Below, in pieces: positions 1 to 10,372 of a stretch of DNA of 28,003 nucleotides. The stretch is from a virus (taxonomy: Duplodnaviria > Heunggongvirae > Uroviricota > Caudoviricetes). The notes below the pieces were generated by a model. It ran no database searches and was not told where the DNA came from. It was given only the letters and a program-made list of their open reading frames with translations. The stretch is from the IMG/VR virus record IMGVR_UViG_3300029068_000004, one strand, 5' to 3'. Both the position numbers and the translations under genes were made by a program. Every line of letters starts with the position of its first letter. Position 1 is the stretch's first letter.

Positions 1-536
1 TTTGTTGATGCCGTTCCTGCGCTGGAAGACGCTGACTGAGCCGACGACGCGGCCTGTCCGGCTGACGTGCTGGCTGCGCGTGCGGAGTCCGCAGCATCAG
101 TCGCATGGGTTGCCGCCTCACGGGCTGATGTGCGGGCATCACTGGCTGACTTCTTCGCGGCTGCCGTGTTCTGTGCCACTGCGGACGCGTTACGCGCCAC
201 CTCTTCCACCATCAGTTCAAAGCGGCGCAGTGCCTCCGGACGGACATCATCCTCCGTCATGGCACCGAGAAAATCATTCAGCGTACCCGGTTGTGAGTCT
301 TCATACACGGTGATGGTCCCGGCATGCGATGGCGGGAAGCCTTCCACCAACAGAATAACGCTGTACTGACCGTACTCAACGTCCATGCTGTAACGCCCGG
401 CTTCATCCGGGTTTTCTGAGGCCACTGTGTTCACCACCACCGTGGTGCTGTTGCGCCTGGCCTTTAGCTGAATGGTGCAGTTTTGTATCGGCTTACCTGC
501 GCCATCTTTCAGTACACCTGAAATCCGTACTGCCAT
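1..536 (-). CDS. stf: Side tail fiber protein Stf, N-terminal part (gene runs past the window start)
   Basis: Minus-strand ATG at 536-534 preceded by a GGGGGGAA Shine-Dalgarno. Manual translation MAVRISGVLKDGAGKPIQNCTIQLKARRNSTTVVVNTVASENPDEAGRYSMDVEYGQYSV... matches the lambda Stf N-terminus as I remember it. Open to the window edge, so absent from the ORF track. Position after lom matches lambda gene order. Confidence 0.75.
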   Translation of the reverse strand, partial: MAVRISGVLKDGAGKPIQNCTIQLKARRNSTTVVVNTVASENPDEAGRYSMDVEYGQYSVILLVEGFPPSHAGTITVYEDSQPGTLNDFLGAMTEDDVRPEALRRFELMVEEVARNASAVAQNTAAAKKSASDARTSAREAATHATDAADSARAASTSAGQAASSAQSASSSAGTAST

Positions 537-546
537 ATTCCCCCCA

Positions 547-574
547 CAAAAAAACCCGCCTGAACCGGCGGGCT
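547..574 (-). terminator. Rho-independent terminator-like hairpin downstream of lom
   Basis: Minus strand reads CCCGCC-GGUUCA-GGCGGG followed by a run of 7 U; sits between the lom stop (601) and the stf start (536). Confidence 0.55.
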
Positions 575-600
575 GTCATAACACTGTGTTACCTGGCTAA

Positions 601-1200
601 TCAGAATTTATAACCGACACCCACGATGAAACCGTCAGTGCGCCAGTCACCACTGCCGGAACCTTCATAAGCAATATCAATGGCCACGGATTCGGTCGGG
701 TTAAACTGCACGCCAGCCCCCCACGCCAGAGACGTGTTGCTGTGGCGACCGTCATCACTTCCGGTCAGCACATCGTGCGTTTTCCCCTTGTTGTCAGTTA
801 CGCGGAGATAATCCCCGGAGAAAGTCGACACACGGCTGTAAGCCACACCCGCCATCGCATACGCGCTGAACCATTCATTCACGCGTACAGACGGCCCCGC
901 CATCACGCTGAACCAGCGGTTACGCACGGAATCTTCATGCCAGCGGGTATCGCTGTAATGCGTTTTTTGCTCATCTTTGGCATTGGCATAACTGAATGAC
1001 GTCACCAGCCCCAGCGTGTCCGTAAATTCATAACGGTATTTCACGTTAATCCCGTTCAGATTATCGCTGCCGGGTACGTTCGTACGGGCATGAAGATACC
1101 CTGCGCTCAGTGTGGACTGGTGTTCAGACGCCCATGCAGGCGTACCTGATACGGCCAGACAGATGGCTGCGGACAAAATGGCGGCATAAACTTTACGCAT
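601..1200 (-). CDS. lom: Lom outer-membrane protein (Ail/Lom family), virulence-associated moron
   Basis: 199-aa ORF with a signal peptide (MRKVYAAILSAAICLAVSGTPAWA) and a C-terminal ...GFIVGVGYKF beta-barrel motif; near-identical to lambda Lom from memory; located directly after J as in lambda. Confidence 0.9.
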   Translation of the reverse strand: MRKVYAAILSAAICLAVSGTPAWASEHQSTLSAGYLHARTNVPGSDNLNGINVKYRYEFTDTLGLVTSFSYANAKDEQKTHYSDTRWHEDSVRNRWFSVMAGPSVRVNEWFSAYAMAGVAYSRVSTFSGDYLRVTDNKGKTHDVLTGSDDGRHSNTSLAWGAGVQFNPTESVAIDIAYEGSGSGDWRTDGFIVGVGYKF

Positions 1201-1222
1201 AATTACCTCTCGCTTTTCTGCA

Positions 1223-1249
1223 ATAAAAAAGGCGCCATTTCTGGCGCCC
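1223..1249 (-). terminator. Rho-independent terminator-like hairpin between J and lom
   Basis: Minus strand GGCGCC-AGAAAU-GGCGCC followed by UUUUUUAUU; a GAGAGG Shine-Dalgarno for lom follows. Confidence 0.6.
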
Positions 1250-1267
1250 GTATCTGGGTTATAAAAT

Positions 1268-4200
1268 TCAGCTAATCGTGATGCCTGCAGTGGCTTTCTT
1301 CATCACCACAACCAGCAAATCGCTGATACTTGCTGTGGGATACCAGTTATTTACCAGCCATGCTGACACCGAAAACTCCAGTGTCATGTGACCGTGACCG
1401 GCAGGCATATCAATAACACCACTGTAAATCAGCGTATTATCCAGCGCGGTACGGTTATAAATTTCAGCACCGTTTTTCCGTACTATCAGGCGGCATGACG
1501 AATAAATATCGTTATTCTCCCGCTCATGTTTAGCGCCGCTGAATGCCACCGCCGGAATAACAATCTGCCGGTCAAACGGCTGATCGTCATAAACCCTGAC
1601 GGTAATGGTCCCTGATGGCCACCGCTCCGGTGCCCGGGAGTCCCGTGGGAAAGCCTTACCCACTGTTTTGACAATATCGCCTTCAATCTGGTTGGCTGAC
1701 AGTTTCCCTTTAATCTGACAGTTCTCATTTATCGTAACGTTGTTGAGCGTCCCGGAGTTCGCATTCACACTGCCACTGATATCTGCATTTTTAGCGGTCA
1801 GCTTTCCGTCCGGTGTCAGGGAAAATGCCGGAGGATTACCGCCGCTGGTAATGGTCGGAGCCGTCAGGCGTTTCAGGAACACGTCGTTCATGAATATCTG
1901 ATCGCCCTGACCAACAAACATTGGTCTTGTGTTGCCATTAGACGGATCAATAAACGCGATACGGTTAGCGGCAACCAGAAACTGGCTCAGTTTGCCTTCC
2001 TCCGTGTCCTCCATGCTGAGGCCAATACCCGCGACATAATGTTTGCCGTCTTTGGTCTGCTCAATTTTGACGCCCCACATGGCATTCCACTTATCGTTGG
2101 CGTCCTTCCACTCTTTCGAAAACTGCTCCAGTTTGCTGGCGTTATCTTCCGTCAGCTCAAAGTTTTCCAGTAGCTCCTTGCCGAGATGCGTTTTATTGAT
2201 CAACCCTTTATAAAAATTCAGATAACCTTCCGCATCATCGCTCGCCCGACCGACGGCCTCCACAAATGCCGATTTACCAACGGTATTCACGCTGCGGATA
2301 TAAAAGTAATAATCATAACCCGGCTTAATATTGCTACTGGCAGCTATCCAGTACAGCGCCGTGCCAAGATAGCGGGCTGTGGTTTCAACCTGCCTGATAT
2401 CAGCAATCCGCTTTTCCGAGAACCAGAACTCAAACTGCACCGTCGGGTCATATACAGCCAGTTTCGGGACCGCTGTTATCTGAAAATACCCTGGTATCAG
2501 TTCAATAGTGACAGGCGCTGCAGGTGCGGCAATCCGGAACGATACCGATGCCGGATCGCCCTGCTGACCCCACGCATTTGCCGCCCGGACCGTCAGCGTG
2601 TAACGCCCCAGCGCCAGCTGCCTGAAGCGGTATGTGGTTTCCGTCGTCCGGACCGTGCTGACCAGCCGCTCACTGCCGTCATCCGCTGTTACGGTCAGAC
2701 GGAGCAGGAAGCTCACGCCCTTCACCACCTTCGGCGTGTCCCAGCGGGCCAGTACCTGATATTCCCCGCTGTCTGCGGTGACTTCGGCGGTCAGATGCTG
2801 CACTGCTGGCGGCGTGACACCATTCACCGTGCCGCTCTGGTCACCGTCAAAGTGCGCCCCGTTATCCACGATGGCCTCTTTCTCCGGCACATGCTGCACG
2901 GCAGTGATGGCATACGTGCCGTCGTCGTTCTCACGGATACTCACGCAGCGGAACAGGCGCTGGCGCAACGTCGGCAGCTTCAGTCCCCATACGCTGTATT
3001 CAGCAACACCGTCAGGAACACGGCTCACTTTTACCTTCACGCCGTCGGTGACGGACTGAACCTCCACGCTGACCGGATTGCCACTTCCGTCAACCAGGCT
3101 TATCAGCGTGGTACCGGAGGATGGCAGAGTGATTTCACGGTCGAGCGTCAGCGTCCGGGTCTGGCTGTTTACCGCCAGCACGCGCCCGCCGGTGCGGATA
3201 CCGGCATAGTCATCATCGCAGATTTCAATGACATCGCCCGGTACATGGCGAAGCCCTTCGGCACCCACGCTGAAGTCCACGGTCTGCGTTTCCAGCAGTT
3301 CTGTTTTAATCAGCCACAGCCCGGCGCGGTGTGCCTGCCCCCGGCTGGTACAGCCAAAAGCATCCATCTTCGTGACGTTACGACCGTAACGGGCAATGGC
3401 CTGTGTGTCCTCCACAAGCTCTGTCGCCGTCTCCCAGCCGTTATTCGGGTCAATCCAGTTCACCTCAACGGCATTATGGCGGTCCTTCAGGGCGCTGAAG
3501 CTGTAGCGGAACGGCGCACCATCATCCGGCATCACCACATTACTGCGGTTATAGGTCCACACCTTATCCGACGGTCGGTCCTGCACGAACGTCAGCGTCT
3601 GCCCGTTCCATACCGGCATACAGCGCATCGCCGAGCAGAAATCACTGAGCACATCCCACGCCTTGCGCTGTGTGGTCAGGTACGCATTACAGGTGATGCG
3701 CGGCTCCGTGCCGCCAAAACCGTCCGGCACCGACTGATCGCAATGCTGGCCGATGACATACAGCGCCCATTTGTCCACATCCGCCGCACCAAGACGTTTC
3801 CCCATGCCGTAGCGCGGATGGGTCAGCATATCCCACAGACACCAGGCCATGTTGTTGCTGTATGCTGGCTTAAACGTTCCGTCCCAGATACCGCTGTATT
3901 GCCGCGTCTGCGGGTTATAGTTCGACGGCACCTGCAGAATGCGCCCGCGCAGATGATAATTACGGCTCACCTGCTGGCTGCCGAACTGCTCCGAATCCAC
4001 CTGCACGCCGACCAGTGCCGTGTTCGGGTAGCCCTGTTTCACATCGATGATTTCGGTGTATGACGACCAGAGCGTTTTGTTCTGCAGCTGGTCTGTGGTG
4101 CTGTCCGGCGTCATCCTGCGCATCCGGATATTGAACGGGCGCGGCGGCAGGTTACCCACCACCACCGAGGCCAGATACTGCGAGGTGGTTTTGCCCTTAA

Positions 4201-4663
4201 TGGTGATGTCTTTTTCCGTCACCCAGCCACCATTACGCTGGATCTGAACCAGCAGGCGGACTTCCGACGGATTCCTGTCCCCCTTTGAGGTGGTTTCCAC
4301 CAGTGCCTGCACGCCGAAGGTAAAACGCAGTCGGTCAATGTTTGCCGACGTGATGGTCCGGGTGATCGGCGTGTCGTATTTCACTTCCGTACCCAGCACC
4401 GTCTCGGAGCCGGAGGATTCAAATCCCTCCGGCGGTGTCTGCTCCTGCTCACCGGCCCGGAACACCACCGTGACACCGGAGATGTTGGTATTCCCCTCAG
4501 TGTCCAGCACCGGCGTACTGTTCAGCAGCACACTTTTTAATCCGTCCACCGGACCTTCAATCGGCCCTTCACTGATGGCGTCTATCACGCTCAGCATCTG
4601 GGATGATTTCAGGTTGTCCTTCGCTTCGCGCGGGGTATGCCCCTTACTGCTGCCTTTACCCAT
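1268..4663 (-). CDS. J: Tail tip / host specificity protein J (central tail fiber)
   Basis: 1131-aa ORF; N-terminus [20 protein letters not shown]... and most of the length match lambda J (1132 aa) from memory; position between I and lom. Confidence 0.95.
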   Translation of the reverse strand: MGKGSSKGHTPREAKDNLKSSQMLSVIDAISEGPIEGPVDGLKSVLLNSTPVLDTEGNTNISGVTVVFRAGEQEQTPPEGFESSGSETVLGTEVKYDTPITRTITSANIDRLRFTFGVQALVETTSKGDRNPSEVRLLVQIQRNGGWVTEKDITIKGKTTSQYLASVVVGNLPPRPFNIRMRRMTPDSTTDQLQNKTLWSSYTEIIDVKQGYPNTALVGVQVDSEQFGSQQVSRNYHLRGRILQVPSNYNPQTRQYSGIWDGTFKPAYSNNMAWCLWDMLTHPRYGMGKRLGAADVDKWALYVIGQHCDQSVPDGFGGTEPRITCNAYLTTQRKAWDVLSDFCSAMRCMPVWNGQTLTFVQDRPSDKVWTYNRSNVVMPDDGAPFRYSFSALKDRHNAVEVNWIDPNNGWETATELVEDTQAIARYGRNVTKMDAFGCTSRGQAHRAGLWLIKTELLETQTVDFSVGAEGLRHVPGDVIEICDDDYAGIRTGGRVLAVNSQTRTLTLDREITLPSSGTTLISLVDGSGNPVSVEVQSVTDGVKVKVSRVPDGVAEYSVWGLKLPTLRQRLFRCVSIRENDDGTYAITAVQHVPEKEAIVDNGAHFDGDQSGTVNGVTPPAVQHLTAEVTADSGEYQVLARWDTPKVVKGVSFLLRLTVTADDGSERLVSTVRTTETTYRFRQLALGRYTLTVRAANAWGQQGDPASVSFRIAAPAAPVTIELIPGYFQITAVPKLAVYDPTVQFEFWFSEKRIADIRQVETTARYLGTALYWIAASSNIKPGYDYYFYIRSVNTVGKSAFVEAVGRASDDAEGYLNFYKGLINKTHLGKELLENFELTEDNASKLEQFSKEWKDANDKWNAMWGVKIEQTKDGKHYVAGIGLSMEDTEEGKLSQFLVAANRIAFIDPSNGNTRPMFVGQGDQIFMNDVFLKRLTAPTITSGGNPPAFSLTPDGKLTAKNADISGSVNANSGTLNNVTINENCQIKGKLSANQIEGDIVKTVGKAFPRDSRAPERWPSGTITVRVYDDQPFDRQIVIPAVAFSGAKHERENNDIYSSCRLIVRKNGAEIYNRTALDNTLIYSGVIDMPAGHGHMTLEFSVSAWLVNNWYPTASISDLLVVVMKKATAGITIS

Positions 4664-4723
4664 TCCTCACGCTCCATAAACGACAAAACCGCCCGGAGGC
4701 GGTTTCACATAAAACGTTTTGCA

Positions 4724-5365
4724 TCAACGACCAATCACCACAACCTGACCACCGTCCCCTTCGTCTGCCGTGCTGATCTCCTGAGATACCACCCGCGACC
4801 CCACACGCATTTCACCGTACAGAACGGGCAGGACATTGCCCTGGGCAACCATATTATCCAGTGAAGAAAAATAGGTGTTCTGTTTGCCGTTATCCGTTGT
4901 CTGTGTGTGGGGGGTTTTGGGTTTAGGGGCCAGCATCTGTGCAACACCGCCAAGCGTCATACTGGCACCGAGAGAAAACAGCAGATTACTCGCCATAATT
5001 CCTACCCCCGGCATCCATATAGCAACCGCCATAACAGCCGCCCCCAGCACAGCCTGGAACACACCGCCACTTTTGGCTCCTGCCAGACGCGGCACGATGT
5101 GGATCACAGCACCATTTGCCAGCGGTTCATTAAGACGGGCTGATAATTCCGTTTCACCTGTATCACGCCCGGCAATGCGTATCTGATACCAGCCGTCGCT
5201 CAGCTTCTGACGAAACGCCGGGATCTGCATGGCCAGCGCCCGGATGGCTTCGGCCCCCGTTTTCACACGCAGATCGATGCGGCGGCCAAATCGTTGTAAA
5301 TCCCCGTAAAGGCAGATGCGTGCCATGCCTGGTGACGCCAGAGGGAGTGTGTGCGTCGCTGCCAT
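4724..5365 (-). CDS. I: Tail tip assembly protein I (ubiquitin-like beta-grasp family)
   Basis: 213-aa ORF starting MAATHTLPLASPGMARICLYGDLQRFGRR, as lambda I from memory; ends about 60 nt upstream of J as in lambda. Confidence 0.9.
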   Translation of the reverse strand: MAATHTLPLASPGMARICLYGDLQRFGRRIDLRVKTGAEAIRALAMQIPAFRQKLSDGWYQIRIAGRDTGETELSARLNEPLANGAVIHIVPRLAGAKSGGVFQAVLGAAVMAVAIWMPGVGIMASNLLFSLGASMTLGGVAQMLAPKPKTPHTQTTDNGKQNTYFSSLDNMVAQGNVLPVLYGEMRVGSRVVSQEISTADEGDGGQVVVIGR

Positions 5366-5941
5366 TTGTCGGTATACCTCTCACGTTTGCTCAGTTGTTC
5401 AGGAATATGGTGCAGCAGCTCGCCGTCACCACAGTAAATGGCGGCATGATTCGGCACCGATGAACCAAAACAGCACAGCAGCACATCGCCCGGTTGTGCT
5501 GATGACAACGGCACCTGATACAGCCCTGTGGCCTCCAGATTATCCAGATAGAGATTCTGACCGTGACGCCACCAGTCATCCTCGCGATGAAAATCCGGCA
5601 TATCAATCCCCGCCAGATGGTAAGCATCCCGGAACAGCGTGTAACAGTCCGTCACCCCGTGCTCAAAGCGCCGCCCGGTGAGATACGGCACACAGCGGAA
5701 TTTATGAATCTCCCCACGGCAGACCACCGGGGTGGCTGTGGACCAGCGCCACAATCTCACCCTGCATCTCTGCCCGCAGCCAGTCCTCCGGCGACATCCG
5801 GAAATACGCCTCCGACTCACCGGAGATATTCACGCAGGGAAAATATCTTTCCCCTTCCGGCGTTCTCACCACGAAGCCGCACGACTCCGCTGGCGCACAT
5901 CGCCGGGCGTGCGCCAGAATCGCTGATTCTGTCTCTGTCAT
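5263..5941 (-). pseudogene. K: Tail tip assembly protein K (JAB/MPN + NlpC/P60) split across two reading frames, probable frameshift pseudogene
   Basis: The N-terminal part (5941-5702, 79 aa, MTETESAILAHARRCAPAESCGFVV...ALVHSHPGGLPW then stop) and the C-terminal part (frame of ORF 5263..5820, ...GEIHKFRCVP...NlpC/P60-like...) are both K-like but in different frames. The break falls inside the JAB motif HxHx7Sx2D, immediately after HSHPGGLPW. Confidence 0.7.
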
Positions 5942-5946
5942 GGGAT

Positions 5947-6645
5947 TTACTGCGAAAGTTTGTTAATGGAAAGGAAGCCGCCAAAGTTGCCGACATTATT
6001 GCGGAACTTACAGCCACTCAGGCATTTGCTGCATTTATCCTTCGTGATTTCGGATGTCGGCTGGTCATATTCATCCGCGACCGCCGGACCGTGATAACCG
6101 CACTCATCACCGCGATAGGTCCAGGTGCAGGTATTAGCAAGCATGATGCGCCCCGGAAAAACAGCGCCGTCCGTTTCCGTCGGCGTGGACAGTACAAAGG
6201 AGGCACTGACCGCGCTCAGTTCGCTGCACTGCTCAATACGCCAGCGGCTGATCACCTCCTGCTCCGGATCGGCGTCACTGTTTCCGTTGACGAAGTTCAC
6301 CGCATCCAGAAAACGGGCGTAAACCTTACGCCTGACCACCGTTCCGCCGACCAGACTCTGCAGGTCTTCCGCCATCCCGGTGACCATGCCGTGCAGATTA
6401 GAGACTTTCAGCGTTGGCCTTGCACTGGCACCTTTGCCGTTCATCTCAAATCCACTCCCCTGAATGGGATAGGCCTGATACTGCCGACTCTGCCAGGTGA
6501 CAGACTCTCCTTTCTCGTTCTGCTCATTGCAGAAAAAGTAGCGATCCCCGCCTACCTCGGTCAGGTCGATTTCCCAGAGCACCACGCTGGCCGACTGCTC
6601 CGCACGAATGCATTCATTCAGCGTTTCCTGTTGTATGTCCTGCAT
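5947..6645 (-). CDS. L: Minor tail protein L
   Basis: 232-aa ORF, same length as lambda L and N-terminus [33 protein letters not shown] familiar from lambda L; M stop and L start overlap (TGATG). Confidence 0.9.
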   Translation of the reverse strand: MQDIQQETLNECIRAEQSASVVLWEIDLTEVGGDRYFFCNEQNEKGESVTWQSRQYQAYPIQGSGFEMNGKGASARPTLKVSNLHGMVTGMAEDLQSLVGGTVVRRKVYARFLDAVNFVNGNSDADPEQEVISRWRIEQCSELSAVSASFVLSTPTETDGAVFPGRIMLANTCTWTYRGDECGYHGPAVADEYDQPTSEITKDKCSKCLSGCKFRNNVGNFGGFLSINKLSQ

Positions 6646-6983
6646 CAGATCACCACTTCGTCAAACTGACACGAAAAATCGGTATAGGTGATATGTTCTG
6701 TCGCTGACCACGTTCGACACACCACTCTGATTTTTCTGTTAATACCAGGCGGGCGCCAAAAAAAAGATTTATAGCCTTCATGCCGGGCTAAAAATTTTTC
6801 AAATGAATCACGTTCATTCGCCTCAACTTTGAAATCACAGGTGAAAACGCGCAGAGAATGATTAAGTCCATTTGGACTTCGTTGCTCATAACCATCGCCA
6901 AATCTTACAGTTTTTATCGATGGTTTATTTTCTGTTTTCATTCCATCCTCTGGTAACCAGTGAAATTCTTCCGTATTAGCCAC
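6645..6983 (-). CDS. M: Minor tail protein M
   Basis: 112-aa ORF containing the VRFGDGYEQ...FLW...EQV core resembling lambda M. The start at 6983 is GTG with a GGGGGAA Shine-Dalgarno; an alternative ATG at 6941 is possible. Confidence 0.8.
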   Translation of the reverse strand: MANTEEFHWLPEDGMKTENKPSIKTVRFGDGYEQRSPNGLNHSLRVFTCDFKVEANERDSFEKFLARHEGYKSFFWRPPGINRKIRVVCRTWSATEHITYTDFSCQFDEVVI

Positions 6984-9900
6984 TTAACATTCCCCCATCA
7001 CGTCGCATATTTAACAGATTGCCCTGCACCCGCTGATCAACCATCCCCATAAGTGCTTTTATTGCCTGAGGGCCAATCTCTCCATTCTGGCCGTCATTTT
7101 GAATAGTGATTTGGTATACAGGGGCATAGGTAATATCTCCGCCTCCATTACCACTTTTACTATTAATAGCTCTGACACCAAGAGAACCATCGGAAGTTCG
7201 TGTTAATGGCATAATGGCTTCCGGACCAGCCTCACCAAAAACACCAGCCCCTTTTGCAAAAGCAAAAAATTGCGGGGAATCATAAATACCGTTCGAATAC
7301 GTGTTCAATGACGGAGACTCATAAACACCGCCCTTTGCATTCGGAATAAATTTACTAATAGCACTCCCGATAGTTCCTAAAATCCCCCCCGAAGAACTGT
7401 TACTAATGCTGTCGAAAATCCGAGTAATTGAAGCCTTTAATGCTATTCGACTAAGATCCGAAATCACGGAAGTAGCGAAAGAACGAAAATTTGCCTTGCC
7501 TGTCGTGACAAAATCACCCAGCGCATCGGTCATTCCATCAAACATCTGAGTCGTGGTTGATTTTATCTGCTCACTGATATCCTTAGTGTCATCCAGCCAG
7601 TTATTGAATCCCTGGGAGGCACCACTAACCCAGTCTCCTGCCTGAATATCGAGCTGCTCGTTTTTCTGTCTGACAATTTCTTTTTCTCGTTCCAGAGCAT
7701 CATTCAGAGCCTGCATTTTCTCCTGAAAAACATGATTTGACATCCCACGGGATTTATCTGCATAGTCACGTTCAAGTTGCAGACGCTGATTGTTATATTC
7801 ACGTTCAATCCGCAGTAATTCCTGCTGGCGTTGCTGATTTTTATCGCCAACCCCATAACCAGCAATCTGAATATCATACCCCTGTTGACGATTATCAATC
7901 GAAGCCTGCAATGAATCACGCCATGCAGCTATTTCGGCGGATTCCTTGATTAGCCTGTTATTTTTTTCAATCGCAACATTTTTCTCCATCAACGCGGTTA
8001 TTTCTTCCCGGTGTAAGAGAAGCGATTTCTGATCCTTGGTTAATTTCGATGACGGTCGTGACTCCAGGTCGGCAATCTGCTGACGCCACTTAACCAGTTC
8101 CTGTTCAGAGGAACTTAATTTAACGGTTAATTCAGTTTGTGAACTTAGTAACGCATTCTGTTGATTCAGATGATCAATCATTCGTTGGGCAGCATCATCC
8201 GAATAACCTTTCGCCTTTGGTTGCTTTGGATCTTTATAACGCTCATTTATTTGAGCGATAAGATTATTATATTCTTCCTTTGAATACTGACTCTTTAGTT
8301 TTTCCAGTTTTGCAAGTTCACTAGCTCTCTGCTGCTCCCGGGTCTGATATTGTTTTGAAAAGGCATCTGCTCTCTGTCTGAGTTCAATTCCTTCCTGTTG
8401 TCGCTTGTTGTAATCGTTTATTGATGAATTTAGTACGTCCTGAGCAATTTTTTCTGCTTGAAGTACGCCCAATTGCTGCTTTAATCGTGCCAGCCTTTTA
8501 TTTTGAGCTCCGCCATCTCCAATGCCACCTAACCCGAAAACTCCGGGTCGGGTATTTTTTTCTATTTCATCAATTTGACGGAGAACATCTGAGATTTTTT
8601 GATCAAGGGAGGCCTCACGGCCAATATCCAGCATGGAATCCCATGCCCATTTTGCGGAGTCTGCGACAGCTTTCCATGCAGTCTCAAGATAACCAAGATT
8701 TTCTTTAATCTGGTTGGTGCGCTGGATCATTGAGGATGAGTATGCTTCTGTCGCAATGCGGGCGGCCTCCTGCTGGTTCCCTTCATCCTGTAGCGCCTTA
8801 ATCTGGTTATAAGTCGCAATTGTCAGAAAATGGTACTGATCATTAAGTTTTGATATGGCACTGACAGGATCCTTTGCAATTTCATTGAAGTCATTAACCA
8901 GTTGTTCGGTTGATATTCCTGTTACTTCGCTCGTTTTTACTATCGCTGTCGTCACTTGCTCCAGCGAACTGCTCGCTACCTTTCCCGAACGCACAAGCTG
9001 GTTTAATACTGCCGCCGCAGCGCCAGTTGTCGAATCAGCCGCATTCCCGGCACGTTGAGCTATATCGGCCAATTGCCCGCTGGTTGTCCCCAACTGATTT
9101 CCGGTAAGAATAAGAGATTTATTAAATTCGTCCTGCTCCTGAGAGCCTTTATAGTAAGCCAGCCCTAAGACGCCAACGGCTGCTGCGGCCAGGGTAAAAG
9201 GATTAATTAATCCCAGCACATAAGAACCAACACCTTTGATCGCCGGGCCAATCCCACCGAACATATCTTTTAGCTGGCCGCCCTGCTGCATTAACACCAT
9301 AAAAGGCGACTGACCAGTGGACAACCCAACAACAATATCCGTCATTTGTGCAGGCAACATGCGCATAGCAAAAGCCGTTTGTTTTGCCGACATTCCGGTT
9401 TTGCTTAATTGAGATTGAGTAACCTCAAGCTCACTCCGCATAGCACGAAGTTTTCCAGAAAGTTCCTCATACATTTCAGGAGAGAGCATCCCCTTAGCTT
9501 TTGCTTCATTGAGCTGTTTCTGTTGTTCTACCAGACGATTAAAAGCAGTTCCGACAGGGTCAAGTTGAGCAATCAGACGTTGCAAAGCAGCAACCTGTTC
9601 ATCATGCGCTTTTGCTGCTTCTCGCTCTGCCTGAGCCTCTCCGGTAAGCTCTCGCCGTGTTTCCTGTATTTTTCGGCTATAATTCTCAAACTGAGAACCA
9701 TTTATTTTCCCGGATGCAAACGCAGCATTAAGTTCATCCTGCTGTTGTTCAAGATTTCTTAGCGCCGCAGCCAGAGGGTCGATCTTGTCCAGCATTCTTT
9801 GAAAGGCCTGAGCCTGCGCTTCCTGCTGGGCGGCAGCAAGTTTTCCGGCCTTCTCGGCTTCTCTCTGCGCTTGCGCAACCCCGCTCAATTCCTCTGTGGT

Positions 9901-10209
9901 TTCATTAAGTTTACGGACAAGAAATTCATATTCTTCTTTATCAATAAGCCCTTTATCGAAAAATTTCTTTAATTCAGAATAGCGTCGACCGACAGTATCA
10001 ATTGCGGCACCAACTGGATCAATAGCTGCTTTTAATTTTGCGAGCGCGTTCTTCTCATCTTCTGTTGCCTTAGTCACTTTCCCTGCGCTATTTGCAGCAG
10101 TTTCCCCGGCCTGCGTCATTTTGACTAATGAGGAGGTCAGATTGTCAGCATTATTTTTTGCTCCAGTGCTATCAATAATTATTGCGAGACGCGAGGTTTG
10201 CTCTGCCAT
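6976..10209 (-). CDS. Tail tape measure protein
   Basis: 1077-aa ORF immediately upstream of M and downstream of the G/G-T chaperones; coiled-coil-rich with repeated A/Q/E/K segments and a glycine-rich hydrophobic segment, typical of tape measure proteins. Confidence 0.9.
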   Translation of the reverse strand: MAEQTSRLAIIIDSTGAKNNADNLTSSLVKMTQAGETAANSAGKVTKATEDEKNALAKLKAAIDPVGAAIDTVGRRYSELKKFFDKGLIDKEEYEFLVRKLNETTEELSGVAQAQREAEKAGKLAAAQQEAQAQAFQRMLDKIDPLAAALRNLEQQQDELNAAFASGKINGSQFENYSRKIQETRRELTGEAQAEREAAKAHDEQVAALQRLIAQLDPVGTAFNRLVEQQKQLNEAKAKGMLSPEMYEELSGKLRAMRSELEVTQSQLSKTGMSAKQTAFAMRMLPAQMTDIVVGLSTGQSPFMVLMQQGGQLKDMFGGIGPAIKGVGSYVLGLINPFTLAAAAVGVLGLAYYKGSQEQDEFNKSLILTGNQLGTTSGQLADIAQRAGNAADSTTGAAAAVLNQLVRSGKVASSSLEQVTTAIVKTSEVTGISTEQLVNDFNEIAKDPVSAISKLNDQYHFLTIATYNQIKALQDEGNQQEAARIATEAYSSSMIQRTNQIKENLGYLETAWKAVADSAKWAWDSMLDIGREASLDQKISDVLRQIDEIEKNTRPGVFGLGGIGDGGAQNKRLARLKQQLGVLQAEKIAQDVLNSSINDYNKRQQEGIELRQRADAFSKQYQTREQQRASELAKLEKLKSQYSKEEYNNLIAQINERYKDPKQPKAKGYSDDAAQRMIDHLNQQNALLSSQTELTVKLSSSEQELVKWRQQIADLESRPSSKLTKDQKSLLLHREEITALMEKNVAIEKNNRLIKESAEIAAWRDSLQASIDNRQQGYDIQIAGYGVGDKNQQRQQELLRIEREYNNQRLQLERDYADKSRGMSNHVFQEKMQALNDALEREKEIVRQKNEQLDIQAGDWVSGASQGFNNWLDDTKDISEQIKSTTTQMFDGMTDALGDFVTTGKANFRSFATSVISDLSRIALKASITRIFDSISNSSSGGILGTIGSAISKFIPNAKGGVYESPSLNTYSNGIYDSPQFFAFAKGAGVFGEAGPEAIMPLTRTSDGSLGVRAINSKSGNGGGDITYAPVYQITIQNDGQNGEIGPQAIKALMGMVDQRVQGNLLNMRRDGGMLSG

Positions 10210-10236
10210 TTATTAAAACTCCAGACAACAAAAAGC

Positions 10237-10260
10237 CCACCGAAGTGGGTTTCAGGCGAC
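10237..10260 (-). promoter_or_regulatory. Short stem-loop (CCCAC-UUCG-GUGGG) with U-rich tail just upstream of the tape measure start
   Basis: Minus strand GAAACCCACUUCGGUGGGCUUUUUGUUG lies in the roughly 160-nt non-coding gap between the T frame stop and the tape measure ATG. Confidence 0.3.
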
Positions 10261-10372
10261 ATAATAGTAGATATAGCGATTACGAGGCCACGCAATGCTT
10301 TTCTCCAGGAGCATCATCGATTTAATTAAAGACACCATCACATCTCTGTAACAGAGTGTACGTAATTAACAA

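Noticed and set aside
2-369. Two overlapping plus-strand ORFs (2..313 and 67..369)
   Set aside because: Antisense to the stf N-terminal coding region, which has clear lambda Stf similarity on the minus strand.
2186-4063. 625-aa plus-strand ORF
   Set aside because: Lies entirely antisense to the well-supported J gene in GC-rich DNA; an Arg/His/Pro-rich shadow ORF with no start context.
5563-6669. 368-aa plus-strand ORF
   Set aside because: Antisense to the L and K genes; shadow ORF.
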